Shown here: one piece after another, positions 1-6,958 of the stretch
How the letters are laid out: the number at the start of each line of letters is the position of its first letter
How positions within the stretch are numbered: position 1 is the first letter of the stretch
From: a virus
Taxonomy: Duplodnaviria > Caudoviricetes
DNA length: 25,927 bases
Direction: 5' to 3' (one strand)
IMG/VR virus record: IMGVR_UViG_3300020042_003206
Span: 1 to 25,927 of that record
Notes under the pieces: generated by a model
The model's database searches: none
What the model was told of the DNA's origin: nothing
What the model saw: only the letters and a program-made list of their open reading frames with translations
Made by a program: the position numbers and the translations under genes

Positions 1-2
1 AT

Positions 3-434
3 GGGTACTTTTCCACATACCCAATTTACACAGTTCCTTTTGGAGAATACGCACTAAACAGCAATAGCATGACGTTTTATTCTCCCACTACCACTATAGG
101 GTCAGGGTCAGATTCATCTAACACATACAGCACTCAAAATAGTGCTAGTTATATCATAAGTAGCAACTCTTCTAATTCTTCCACATATGCTACATTTGTA
201 TCAACAGACAAAGGAATGACTACTGGAACTTTGGGGATTTCTTTTGGTGGGTTTTTAGGGGTGACTAGCTACACTACTGGAATGTCTACTGCCAGTTCTT
301 CAACAAGCTACGCTTTATCAACTCAGACAAATACAGCATTACTTTGGGATTTTTTTATAATTGGAACCGATCTTATTCCTTCTGTTGTTGGAACTTATTC
401 CTCTTGGGGGGGGGGATTATGTTTTTGGCGATAG
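3..434 (+). CDS. Ser/Thr-rich protein, probable virion/fibre protein; 5' end lies outside the window
   Basis: The frame of ORF 69..434 is open back to position 3 (GYFSTYPIYTVPFGEYALNSNS-MTFY...). It is very rich in Ser/Thr/Gly and stops shortly after a G10 run. Confidence 0.65.
   Translation, partial: GYFSTYPIYTVPFGEYALNSNSMTFYSPTTTIGSGSDSSNTYSTQNSASYIISSNSSNSSTYATFVSTDKGMTTGTLGISFGGFLGVTSYTTGMSTASSSTSYALSTQTNTALLWDFFIIGTDLIPSVVGTYSSWGGGLCFWR
406..415 (+). repeat. G10 homopolymer at a frameshift junction
   Basis: Sequence ctctt-GGGGGGGGGG-attat. G9 or G12 would join ORF 3..434 to the frame ending at 591. Confidence 0.9.
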
Positions 435-591
435 GGCATTCGGTGAAGGCAATCCATATGTACCCTTCACAACTTCAAAATTCCCGATTACCTCTCACAT
501 TACTATAGGAACTACAAATTCTAACGCTTATGTCGTGTGGGGGACGCAGGGATTCATTGCTGAGTTTAATAGCCTTGTTGGTGCATTTTAA
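415..591 (+). CDS. Out-of-frame C-terminal continuation of the Ser/Thr-rich protein
   Basis: Frame of track ORF 361..591 (DYVFGDRAFGEGNPYVPFTTSKFPITSHITIGTTNSNAYVVWGTQGF...). It has similar composition, only a TTG start, and fills the gap to the next gene. Confidence 0.6.
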   Translation, partial: DYVFGDRAFGEGNPYVPFTTSKFPITSHITIGTTNSNAYVVWGTQGFIAEFNSLVGAF

Positions 592-633
592 TTTCTTCTT
601 GCCATAAGGTTTTTGTTTGGAAACTATTAAAGG

Positions 634-1644
634 ATGCTTGCAATAGTAACTGCGGCAACGAAGTCATATCTTCATTGCTGGCCTCAACTCATTAGAGCCA
701 TATCAGCTTCAGCGGCTCACCATGCCGAAGCTCACTTCATCTTCGCTACCGACAATAGCGACGAATCAAAGAAAGCGGAAGAACTAGCCAAGGGAAGGCT
801 TCCCGAAGGATGGAAGGTCACGGCAATCCGTTTGCCAATAACTGAAGACGAGAAAGACTACAAGGAATCGGCTCAGATTAGGATAGCTCAACTACAGGGA
901 GCCGCATTTGAGTTTGCTAGGCGTATTAAGGCTAATGCCTGTTGGAGCGTAGAGAGCGATACCATTCCGACAGCTAACGCCCTCCGTGTGCTTGAATGGA
1001 CGCTTCAGATGCCAGATGCTCAAGGTGATTCCTATTATAGCATAGCCGCCGCCACTTACCCGAATGGCTTGTTCCTTGGTGGGTTTGGCACTCCAACGGC
1101 TCAGATAGCGGAGGACTTCCTTGCTAGTGAAAGGATACTTAAGCCAAGGCTCAAGCTTTGTTTAGAGGAATGTGAGAAGCGGCTAAAAGGGGCTAAAGAA
1201 AGATCAACGGCAGAGAAAGAAGGAAAAAGAATGGCTAGGCTACGAGAGATGGTTAAGAAATCACCGCCAGATGGTAACATTTGGGAAGTCACCGCAAAAC
1301 ACGGATGGAGACGTAGGGGATGGATGGAGTTTGCCTATCCTGCTATTGGCCTTGGTTCAATAGTTCCGTCTGATTGGTGTGGGCTTGGTTGCACCTTATT
1401 GTCAAAGAAGGCACTAGCCTTGTCTGATTTTACAGGATACTTGGGTAAAGGCACTCAAGACCTATTTCTGTGTTGGAGTAAGTGGCATCCAGCAGGACTA
1501 AGGATAGCTTGCGTTCCTCATATTGCTTGCGATCACATTAAGAGGCATGGCGATAAGGTCATCCATCACGTTGCTTGGCACGAACAAGCTCCAGAATATT
1601 ACGGACACTTAAGGCAACGCCAGCAAGAATTCATTCCTGTTTAA
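634..1644 (+). CDS. Putative glycosyltransferase (GT-A fold, GT2-like)
   Basis: N-terminal beta strand LAIVTAAT, FIFATDN, DxD-like VESD, GLGCTLL, QDLFLC and C-terminal CDH, plus a charged helical insertion. Confidence 0.65.
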   Translation: MLAIVTAATKSYLHCWPQLIRAISASAAHHAEAHFIFATDNSDESKKAEELAKGRLPEGWKVTAIRLPITEDEKDYKESAQIRIAQLQGAAFEFARRIKANACWSVESDTIPTANALRVLEWTLQMPDAQGDSYYSIAAATYPNGLFLGGFGTPTAQIAEDFLASERILKPRLKLCLEECEKRLKGAKERSTAEKEGKRMARLREMVKKSPPDGNIWEVTAKHGWRRRGWMEFAYPAIGLGSIVPSDWCGLGCTLLSKKALALSDFTGYLGKGTQDLFLCWSKWHPAGLRIACVPHIACDHIKRHGDKVIHHVAWHEQAPEYYGHLRQRQQEFIPV

Positions 1645-1646
1645 TG

Positions 1647-1675
1647 TTGACATGATGGTATAGTCGTATTACAAC
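1647..1675 (+). promoter_or_regulatory. Sigma70-like promoter
   Basis: TTGACA-N17-TACAAC in the intergenic gap, ending 12 nt before ATG 1688. Confidence 0.5.
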
Positions 1676-1687
1676 GCATGAACTGAA

Positions 1688-2674
1688 ATGATTGTTGCCA
1701 TCTCTTACCACGATGGGGATCTTCCCCTTATGCGCCGTTGGGCAAACCATGTTTGCCAATTAGGTCTTTATAAAGAACATAAGCTAGTCTTGGTTCCGAT
1801 TAGGAAATCAACTACAGACGGCGTTCTAGAGCCGCTGAAGGCTTGCTTTGGAGAGGTGATCATTGAGCCTTGCGATCATGCTTATGGTGGTTGGCCTCAG
1901 TCCTGCAATATGGCTTTTGAGTCAGTAGCTTGGTTGGTATCCTCAACTCTCAAGCAACCTTTCCTCTGGATGGAGCCAGATGCCGTTCCTATCCAGCCTA
2001 ACTGGATCGACTCCATAGAGCTTGCATACAATCAAGCTAGGAAGCCGTTTATGGGTGCTTTGGTAGAGATTGCTGGCATTATGCCGAATGGAGTGAATCA
2101 TATGAGTGGCGTGGGTGTGTATCATTGGGATCTACATCGGCTAGCCCCATCTATCTTCAACAACGAGAAGACTGCTTGGGATATTGCTAGTGCGTCCAAT
2201 GTCATTCACCAGATGCACGAAACTAAGCTCATCCATCATGATTGGGTTCCAGATGCTAAGTGGCGCAGGGATGTTGTTACTCCAGATCTAGTAGATCCAC
2301 TTGCTGTAATATACCATCCTGATAAATTGGGCGTGTTAATGTTTGATGGCGTAATTCCGAATGATGTGCAGGGAGATCCTGCAATGGGTGCTGTGCTGGT
2401 TACACAGAAGCCTCATGAAACAAAGGAAACTTACCCTTTGATTGACCCTTGGGAAGAAATTATTAATTATGCCAAAGAAAGCACCAAAAACAAAAAAGAC
2501 ATCATCAGCCGCTTCATCCAAGAAGGCATCCTCACCAAAGCCTCATGTGCCAAGCTCTTTGGAAAGAAAGTTCGACCTTCTGTGGGCAAGCGTGGACGGC
2601 CCAAAGCTGGAGATCGAACTAAGGTTTCATCCAACCAGAAAATGGAGAGCCGACTATGCCCATCACGAGTCTAA
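1688..2674 (+). CDS. Putative glycosyltransferase (GT-A-like) with a basic C-terminal extension
   Basis: GWPQSCN, FLWMEPDAVP (ExD), HMSGVGVY, AWD and IYHPDK motifs. The C-terminal tail contains KRGRPK. Confidence 0.55.
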   Translation: MIVAISYHDGDLPLMRRWANHVCQLGLYKEHKLVLVPIRKSTTDGVLEPLKACFGEVIIEPCDHAYGGWPQSCNMAFESVAWLVSSTLKQPFLWMEPDAVPIQPNWIDSIELAYNQARKPFMGALVEIAGIMPNGVNHMSGVGVYHWDLHRLAPSIFNNEKTAWDIASASNVIHQMHETKLIHHDWVPDAKWRRDVVTPDLVDPLAVIYHPDKLGVLMFDGVIPNDVQGDPAMGAVLVTQKPHETKETYPLIDPWEEIINYAKESTKNKKDIISRFIQEGILTKASCAKLFGKKVRPSVGKRGRPKAGDRTKVSSNQKMESRLCPSRV

Positions 2675-2861
2675 GACTCTGATTGAAATTGAGGGTGGAG
2701 CGTGGGGAGGAAGGCACTCCAGAGGTGGAGGGTTCCTAGCTGACGCTGAAAAGTATTGGGAGGCTACTAGGCTTGGATGGAATATCGTGCGCTGGACTGC
2801 TCCATTAATTACGCAAGAAAACTGCATCATCTTAAAAGATATGCTAAATTCCGTTGACTAG
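2469..2861 (+). CDS. Vsr/DUF559-like PD-(D/E)XK endonuclease
   Basis: ELRFHPTRKWRADYA, IEIEGG, GRHSRGGGF..DAEKY..A..LGW..VRW. ATG 2469 follows an AT-rich leader. Confidence 0.8.
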   Translation: MPKKAPKTKKTSSAASSKKASSPKPHVPSSLERKFDLLWASVDGPKLEIELRFHPTRKWRADYAHHESKTLIEIEGGAWGGRHSRGGGFLADAEKYWEATRLGWNIVRWTAPLITQENCIILKDMLNSVD

Positions 2862-2882
2862 ACTTAGTTAATTGGTTAATTG
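2854..2882 (+). promoter_or_regulatory. Candidate promoter for the capsid gene
   Basis: TTGACT-N17-TAATTG at the start of the 142-nt gap before the capsid gene. Confidence 0.4.
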
Positions 2883-3003
2883 CCACTTATGACGTATATG
2901 GGTTCGTCACCATAACACTAGCGTAGAAGGGGTCGCTACTTCAAAAAAAGACAGACAATGCATTACGCAAAGTCACAAACAAACAATTTAATTATTTAAT
3001 ATT

Positions 3004-4173
3004 ATGGCAATTACTTGCTCTACAGTTAATGACTTGTTCCAGCGTGAAACTAATCGTTTCTCCGTTGACGTTCACGAGCGTTATTCCGTTGATGGCCCTT
3101 GGGGTCGTCTAGTCCGTGTCGGCAAATTCCCTCAAGGAATGGGTACGACTCTTAATGAGATCACAGTTGAGCGTGTGCTTTCTGGTGATTTTGAAAATGC
3201 TTGGACGAACGTTGGAGTTTCCAACGGCACTTCCAGCAATGGTTGCGTTCCTTCTCCTTCAGATCTTGACTTCGGTCAGACTGTCCGTAGTTGGAATCTT
3301 CAGAGCCGCAGTTATCAGACCCCTTGCATCTGCTTGGACGATCTGAAGACTTCGTTTGAGATTGAGTCCCAGATCGCTAAGACTGTTACTCAGCTTACTC
3401 AGCTTACGAAGACCGTCCTCGACAATCGTCGCCGTAGCGAGTATCTGCGTCTTGTTTCCAAGATACAGGCTGGTTACAACACCGAGTACGCAACTCTTAA
3501 CGCAGTTCCAGTTCCAACCTTCCAGTTGGCACAGGATCAGCTTGACACGATCCGTGTTCGTCTGATTCGTGATGGTGCTGGTCACAATGCACTTGGTAAA
3601 GAGAATGGTGTTCCTGTCCTTGGACTGATCACCAGCCCTGAGACAAGTCGTGCGCTCATCCGTAACAACACAGAGCTTCGTGCGGACATCCGCTTTGCAA
3701 CTCCTAGTGAGCTTATCGCTCCTCTTGGTGTTGAGCGTTCGTTCGGTGGGTTCTACCACATGATTGATCTTGAGGTTCCTCGCTTCACCTTTTCTGGTAA
3801 TACGTACACCCAGATCTACCCATTCGTGCAGTCCAGCACGACCACAGGGTTCAAGTGGGAGGCAAATCCAGCGTATAACAACGCTCCATACGAGGCCGCA
3901 TACATCTTCCATCCAGATGTGTATGAGGAGTCGGTGCAACAAGTCGGGCCAAACATCGCTGGCGCAAGCTTCGATGATTATCCTTACTACTACTCTGGTC
4001 AGTTCTTCTGGCTGAACATCCGTGATGCGGTTTCCAATCCTCTTGGAAAGATCGGTCGCTGGATGGGAGTATTCACGAGTGGCAGTCGCCCGATTGCTCC
4101 TTACCTTGGACGAGTGATCATCCACAAGCGTTGCGCTAACGACTTCGGTAGCGTTGCTTGCGTGAATTCCTAA
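3004..4173 (+). CDS. Major capsid protein
   Basis: 389 aa with strongly biased high-expression codon use (CGT, GGT, GTT, TTC, ATC). It has G.FP.GMG near the N terminus, a TAATAG double stop and its own terminator. Confidence 0.8.
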   Translation: MAITCSTVNDLFQRETNRFSVDVHERYSVDGPWGRLVRVGKFPQGMGTTLNEITVERVLSGDFENAWTNVGVSNGTSSNGCVPSPSDLDFGQTVRSWNLQSRSYQTPCICLDDLKTSFEIESQIAKTVTQLTQLTKTVLDNRRRSEYLRLVSKIQAGYNTEYATLNAVPVPTFQLAQDQLDTIRVRLIRDGAGHNALGKENGVPVLGLITSPETSRALIRNNTELRADIRFATPSELIAPLGVERSFGGFYHMIDLEVPRFTFSGNTYTQIYPFVQSSTTTGFKWEANPAYNNAPYEAAYIFHPDVYEESVQQVGPNIAGASFDDYPYYYSGQFFWLNIRDAVSNPLGKIGRWMGVFTSGSRPIAPYLGRVIIHKRCANDFGSVACVNS

Positions 4174-4195
4174 TAGGAACTAGCTAATCAAAGAT

Positions 4196-4232
4196 AGCCC
4201 CCTTGGAGAAATCCTTGGGGGCTTTTCTTTTT
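4196..4232 (+). terminator. Rho-independent terminator
   Basis: AGCCCCCttGGA-GAAA-TCCttGGGGGCT followed by TTTCTTTTT. Confidence 0.9.
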
Positions 4233-4236
4233 ACCA

Positions 4237-4265
4237 TTGACCAACAAAGCATTACAAAGTAACAA
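4237..4265 (+). promoter_or_regulatory. Candidate promoter
   Basis: TTGACC-N17-TAACAA straight after the terminator, with ATG at 4274. Confidence 0.45.
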
Positions 4266-4273
4266 TTCACATT

Positions 4274-4558
4274 ATGACCACATCATTTACCATTCCTAAA
4301 GGATTCACAGCACCAGACGGCGTTAAAGAGGGAGCAGAGTTCTCAGAGATCGCCAAGTTTAAGATTGCAGACGGCAAGATCCACATCATCGCAATTGGTC
4401 AGGATGAAACTCCTATTGAGTCCAAGTCCGATAAGCCCAAGCCTAAGAAGGCTAAAGACGCAATGAAGGAAGAGATTGCGGCTATGGAGAGCGAAGATGC
4501 TATGGTCGAGGATGAGGCAATGGCAGAAGAAGAGATGGTAGACGAGGAGATGGTTTAA
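4274..4558 (+). CDS. Hypothetical protein with an acidic, Met/Glu-rich C terminus
   Basis: Clean ORF ending in EDAMVEDEAMAEEEMVDEEMV. Confidence 0.75.
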   Translation: MTTSFTIPKGFTAPDGVKEGAEFSEIAKFKIADGKIHIIAIGQDETPIESKSDKPKPKKAKDAMKEEIAAMESEDAMVEDEAMAEEEMVDEEMV

Positions 4559-4581
4559 CCTTTAATCACAGGGAAATTACC

Positions 4582-4650
4582 TTGTCTAACTTTCAACCAG
4601 TTAATTCCAATCCAACATATTGCAATATCACTTGCCTACCTATTCAATAA
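4582..4650 (+). pseudogene. Remnant duplicate of the 5' end of gene 4670
   Basis: Translates as (L)SNFQPVNSNPTYC...*, against MTIFQPVHSNPRDG at 4670. Confidence 0.55.
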
Positions 4651-4660
4651 AAGATATTAA
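4632..4660 (+). promoter_or_regulatory. Candidate promoter
   Basis: TTGCCT-N17-TATTAA, with ATG at 4670. Confidence 0.45.
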
Positions 4661-4669
4661 TTCAATTGT

Positions 4670-4999
4670 ATGACAATATTTCAACCTGTTCACTCTAATC
4701 CACGAGACGGAGAATTAATTACGCAATGTAAGATACTAGAAGCCGTTGATGGTGTTTTGAATGTATCCGATCACAACTCTGGAGCTAACGGAGGCAAGAT
4801 CGTCCCTGCTTCTACGGCATCTGGATCTGGCACTTTTTACGCCCTTCAGTTTGTCACTAGCGGCACTCTTACTGCTTATGTTGGCAATATTACTGGAACC
4901 ATAACTGGCGTTACTTTCCCTGCTGGTTTCGTCCTGTACGGAAATACTACCAGCTTCACAACTGGTGCTGGAACTTCCGTAGTAGCCTACACAACCTAG
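4670..4999 (+). CDS. Small Gly/Thr-rich beta protein, probable virion (decoration or fibre) protein
   Basis: Gly/Thr-rich strands, a TFPAGFVLYG..TSFT...G.VVAY ending, and a position in the structural region. Confidence 0.6.
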   Translation: MTIFQPVHSNPRDGELITQCKILEAVDGVLNVSDHNSGANGGKIVPASTASGSGTFYALQFVTSGTLTAYVGNITGTITGVTFPAGFVLYGNTTSFTTGAGTSVVAYTT

Positions 5000-5002
5000 G
5001 TC

Positions 5003-5857
5003 ATGCCAAGCCTCGCTCTGAAGGCTAGTATAAATTATCAGTTGGTAGGAGCATCTGGCCCTTCTTCTGATCCAGACGCTTTAGCTTGGTTTTCTGCGGT
5101 AGAAGCAACTGGCGCAAATTTTGGCGCATCACCAGAGTCAATTACCTCAAACAAGGACGCATTTAATACTGCTTTCCTATCGCTGAAATCCGCTGGCATC
5201 TGGAGTTCTATTAGACAGGCGTGTTTCCTAGTCGGGCCATCTACTATTGCGGGGGCATTGGTGAATATCAAACTGACAGGAAATCCAGTAAACTACAATT
5301 TCACATCTGAAAACTATAATAAACTGACTGGGTTGCTAGGTGGTATTGTAGACAGTTGTAGCGCAAACACAACTAAATATTTAGATACCCTATTAAATGA
5401 TACTACGGACATCAATGGGTTGGATGTTCATATGCTTGCCCGAACAACCACGCCTTGTAATTCTATTAGTTCTCAGAAAGAATACATCTTTGGGTCTAAT
5501 AATGATGGTGCACAAACAGGGGCAGAAATAAACCTCTTCTATAAAGAAAATGGTTTTGAGGTTAGCCCAATATCATATGAAAGTTTTTCGTTTGGATCTG
5601 GATTATCTTCAGTTTGTTTTTCAAGAAATGAATCGGGTGTTACATTTTATGGGGATGTAGGTTGGGGAATATATGATATAGAATATGCTGATTATTTTTC
5701 TGGCCAAAATTTCTTTTTGTACAAAACAGAACCCGCGGTGGGAGTCAATTTTAAAATGTATCGTGGGGAAATTTCATTTTACAGCATTGGAACTAGCACA
5801 GATGTTGAATCATTTATTGAAATTGTCGATACATTGAAAAATTCACTCGTCAACTAA
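5003..5857 (+). CDS. Putative virion fibre/receptor-binding protein
   Basis: N-terminal DPDALAWFSAVEA...LKSAGIW helical motif of a type recurrent in phage structural proteins, then a beta-rich aromatic domain with more AT-rich DNA. Confidence 0.55.
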   Translation: MPSLALKASINYQLVGASGPSSDPDALAWFSAVEATGANFGASPESITSNKDAFNTAFLSLKSAGIWSSIRQACFLVGPSTIAGALVNIKLTGNPVNYNFTSENYNKLTGLLGGIVDSCSANTTKYLDTLLNDTTDINGLDVHMLARTTTPCNSISSQKEYIFGSNNDGAQTGAEINLFYKENGFEVSPISYESFSFGSGLSSVCFSRNESGVTFYGDVGWGIYDIEYADYFSGQNFFLYKTEPAVGVNFKMYRGEISFYSIGTSTDVESFIEIVDTLKNSLVN

Positions 5858-5858
5858 T

Positions 5859-6098
5859 ATGAACTGGTTAATCGTTACTTCCGAAAAACAAGTTGAACTA
5901 GATGCGATTAACGCAGGGCTAGTTGACAGGCAATGCACATCAGTTTCAACTAAAGATGGCATCTTGTTAACTAATTCTGACAAGCTACAAGACCCATACT
6001 GGTTAGCATATCACGCCTTTCTTCTAACTCTTACGCCATTTGAGGGCGAACCAATCTGGCCTACGCATCCTGTAGAAGTAGAAACAACCAACCCATAA
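5859..6098 (+). CDS. Hypothetical protein, possibly a fibre-associated chaperone
   Basis: 79 aa, tightly coupled to the preceding gene, with an IWP motif near the end. Confidence 0.6.
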   Translation: MNWLIVTSEKQVELDAINAGLVDRQCTSVSTKDGILLTNSDKLQDPYWLAYHAFLLTLTPFEGEPIWPTHPVEVETTNP

Positions 6099-6099
6099 T

Positions 6100-6279
6100 A
6101 TGAGCGATAACATTTCACAATCTGACGTAGGCCCAACAAGTGCAATCGTTTCGTTGGTTTCACTCGTTATTAGTTTCTTTGACGCAACCCATGTTTGGCT
6201 TCAAAACCTAACCTTGCTTGTTTCGCTATTAGCTGGCTTGATCGCAATTTATGCTGGCGTAAGAAAACTGATCAAGTGA
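6100..6279 (+). CDS. Holin-like two-TM protein (59 aa, not in the ORF track)
   Basis: MSDNISQSDVGPTSAIVSLVSLVISFFDATHVWLQNLTLLVSLLAGLIAIYAGVRKLIK*. It has two hydrophobic segments and a basic tail, and overlaps the next gene by GTGA. Confidence 0.7.
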   Translation: MSDNISQSDVGPTSAIVSLVSLVISFFDATHVWLQNLTLLVSLLAGLIAIYAGVRKLIK

Positions 6280-6647
6280 AAGTTCTACACATCCTTGCTG
6301 TTATTGGCATCTTTTGTCTAGTAGGATGCGCCCACCAAGAAAAACCAGTTTATACTGCACCTTCCGTAGTAGCCGTTAAAACAGGGGTAGAAAAAGTGCG
6401 TCAGTATGTGCGCCCAGAAGGTCACGCCGCCGTTAAAGAGCTTTCTGACGCAATTACGACCTATCAGAAGCAAGTGGACGATCAATCATTGGCACTAGCG
6501 AAGGCTCAAGGTGAAGTTGTCTATTGGAATAACAAGCAAGTGAAGGCACTTAAAGAGTTATGGGTCTGGAGGGGTATTGCAATCGTTTCCATTGTTTGTG
6601 TTGTGGGATACATCGGGGTTAAGACTTCATGGAAATTCCTCGCTTGA
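6276..6647 (+). CDS. Lipoprotein with C-terminal TM; candidate unimolecular spanin
   Basis: The GTG start gives MKVLHILAVIGIFCLVG-C (lipobox), then a helical middle and C-terminal GIAIVSIVCVVGYIGV followed by KTSWK. Confidence 0.65.
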   Translation: MKVLHILAVIGIFCLVGCAHQEKPVYTAPSVVAVKTGVEKVRQYVRPEGHAAVKELSDAITTYQKQVDDQSLALAKAQGEVVYWNNKQVKALKELWVWRGIAIVSIVCVVGYIGVKTSWKFLA

Positions 6648-6958
6648 ACAAGGCAGTATCGCAGAGGCTTGTCGCTTCCCTCGTCGGAATTGCAGTAATT
6701 CAAGCCTCTTGGCGTTGGGCTGTTGAACATCTATACACGCTTCCAGAGGTGGCGTTGGCTGGATTTGTCACCATTACAACAAATGCCCTGTATGTTACTG
6801 GGGCTATTGTCATTTTTCTTGTTACTGGCAGAATGGTATACGATTGGAAGATGGGAACAACCCAAGTCCAAGAAGTAGTATCGTCTGTGGCAAAAGTAAG
6901 GGAAGAGGTTGTTGAATACATCCAGAAGCCAAAGAACTTCGATGACGAAACTATTTAA
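6644..6958 (+). CDS. Membrane protein, second holin/antiholin candidate
   Basis: Two to three hydrophobic segments and a charged C terminus. TTG 6644 overlaps the previous stop (alternative start ATG 6629). It lies directly before the endolysin. Confidence 0.6.
   Translation: MNKAVSQRLVASLVGIAVIQASWRWAVEHLYTLPEVALAGFVTITTNALYVTGAIVIFLVTGRMVYDWKMGTTQVQEVVSSVAKVREEVVEYIQKPKNFDDETI

Noticed and set aside
2926-2953. Firm preQ1-I riboswitch call
   Set aside because: The stem is only 4 bp, the loop does not match the consensus well, and no queuosine genes are nearby. It is kept only as an unnamed structured leader.
3259-4125. 288-aa antisense ORF inside the capsid gene
   Set aside because: It mirrors the codon frame of a highly biased gene that rarely uses TTA, CTA or TCA, so a long antisense ORF is expected. 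It has no motifs.
1-5857. Diversity-generating retroelement acting on the fibre genes
   Set aside because: No reverse transcriptase and no template/variable repeat pair with adenine-specific mismatches is visible in the window.
6195-6275. Track start of ORF 6195..6647
   Set aside because: It overlaps the holin-like ORF. GTG 6276 gives a proper lipoprotein signal and a GTGA coupling.
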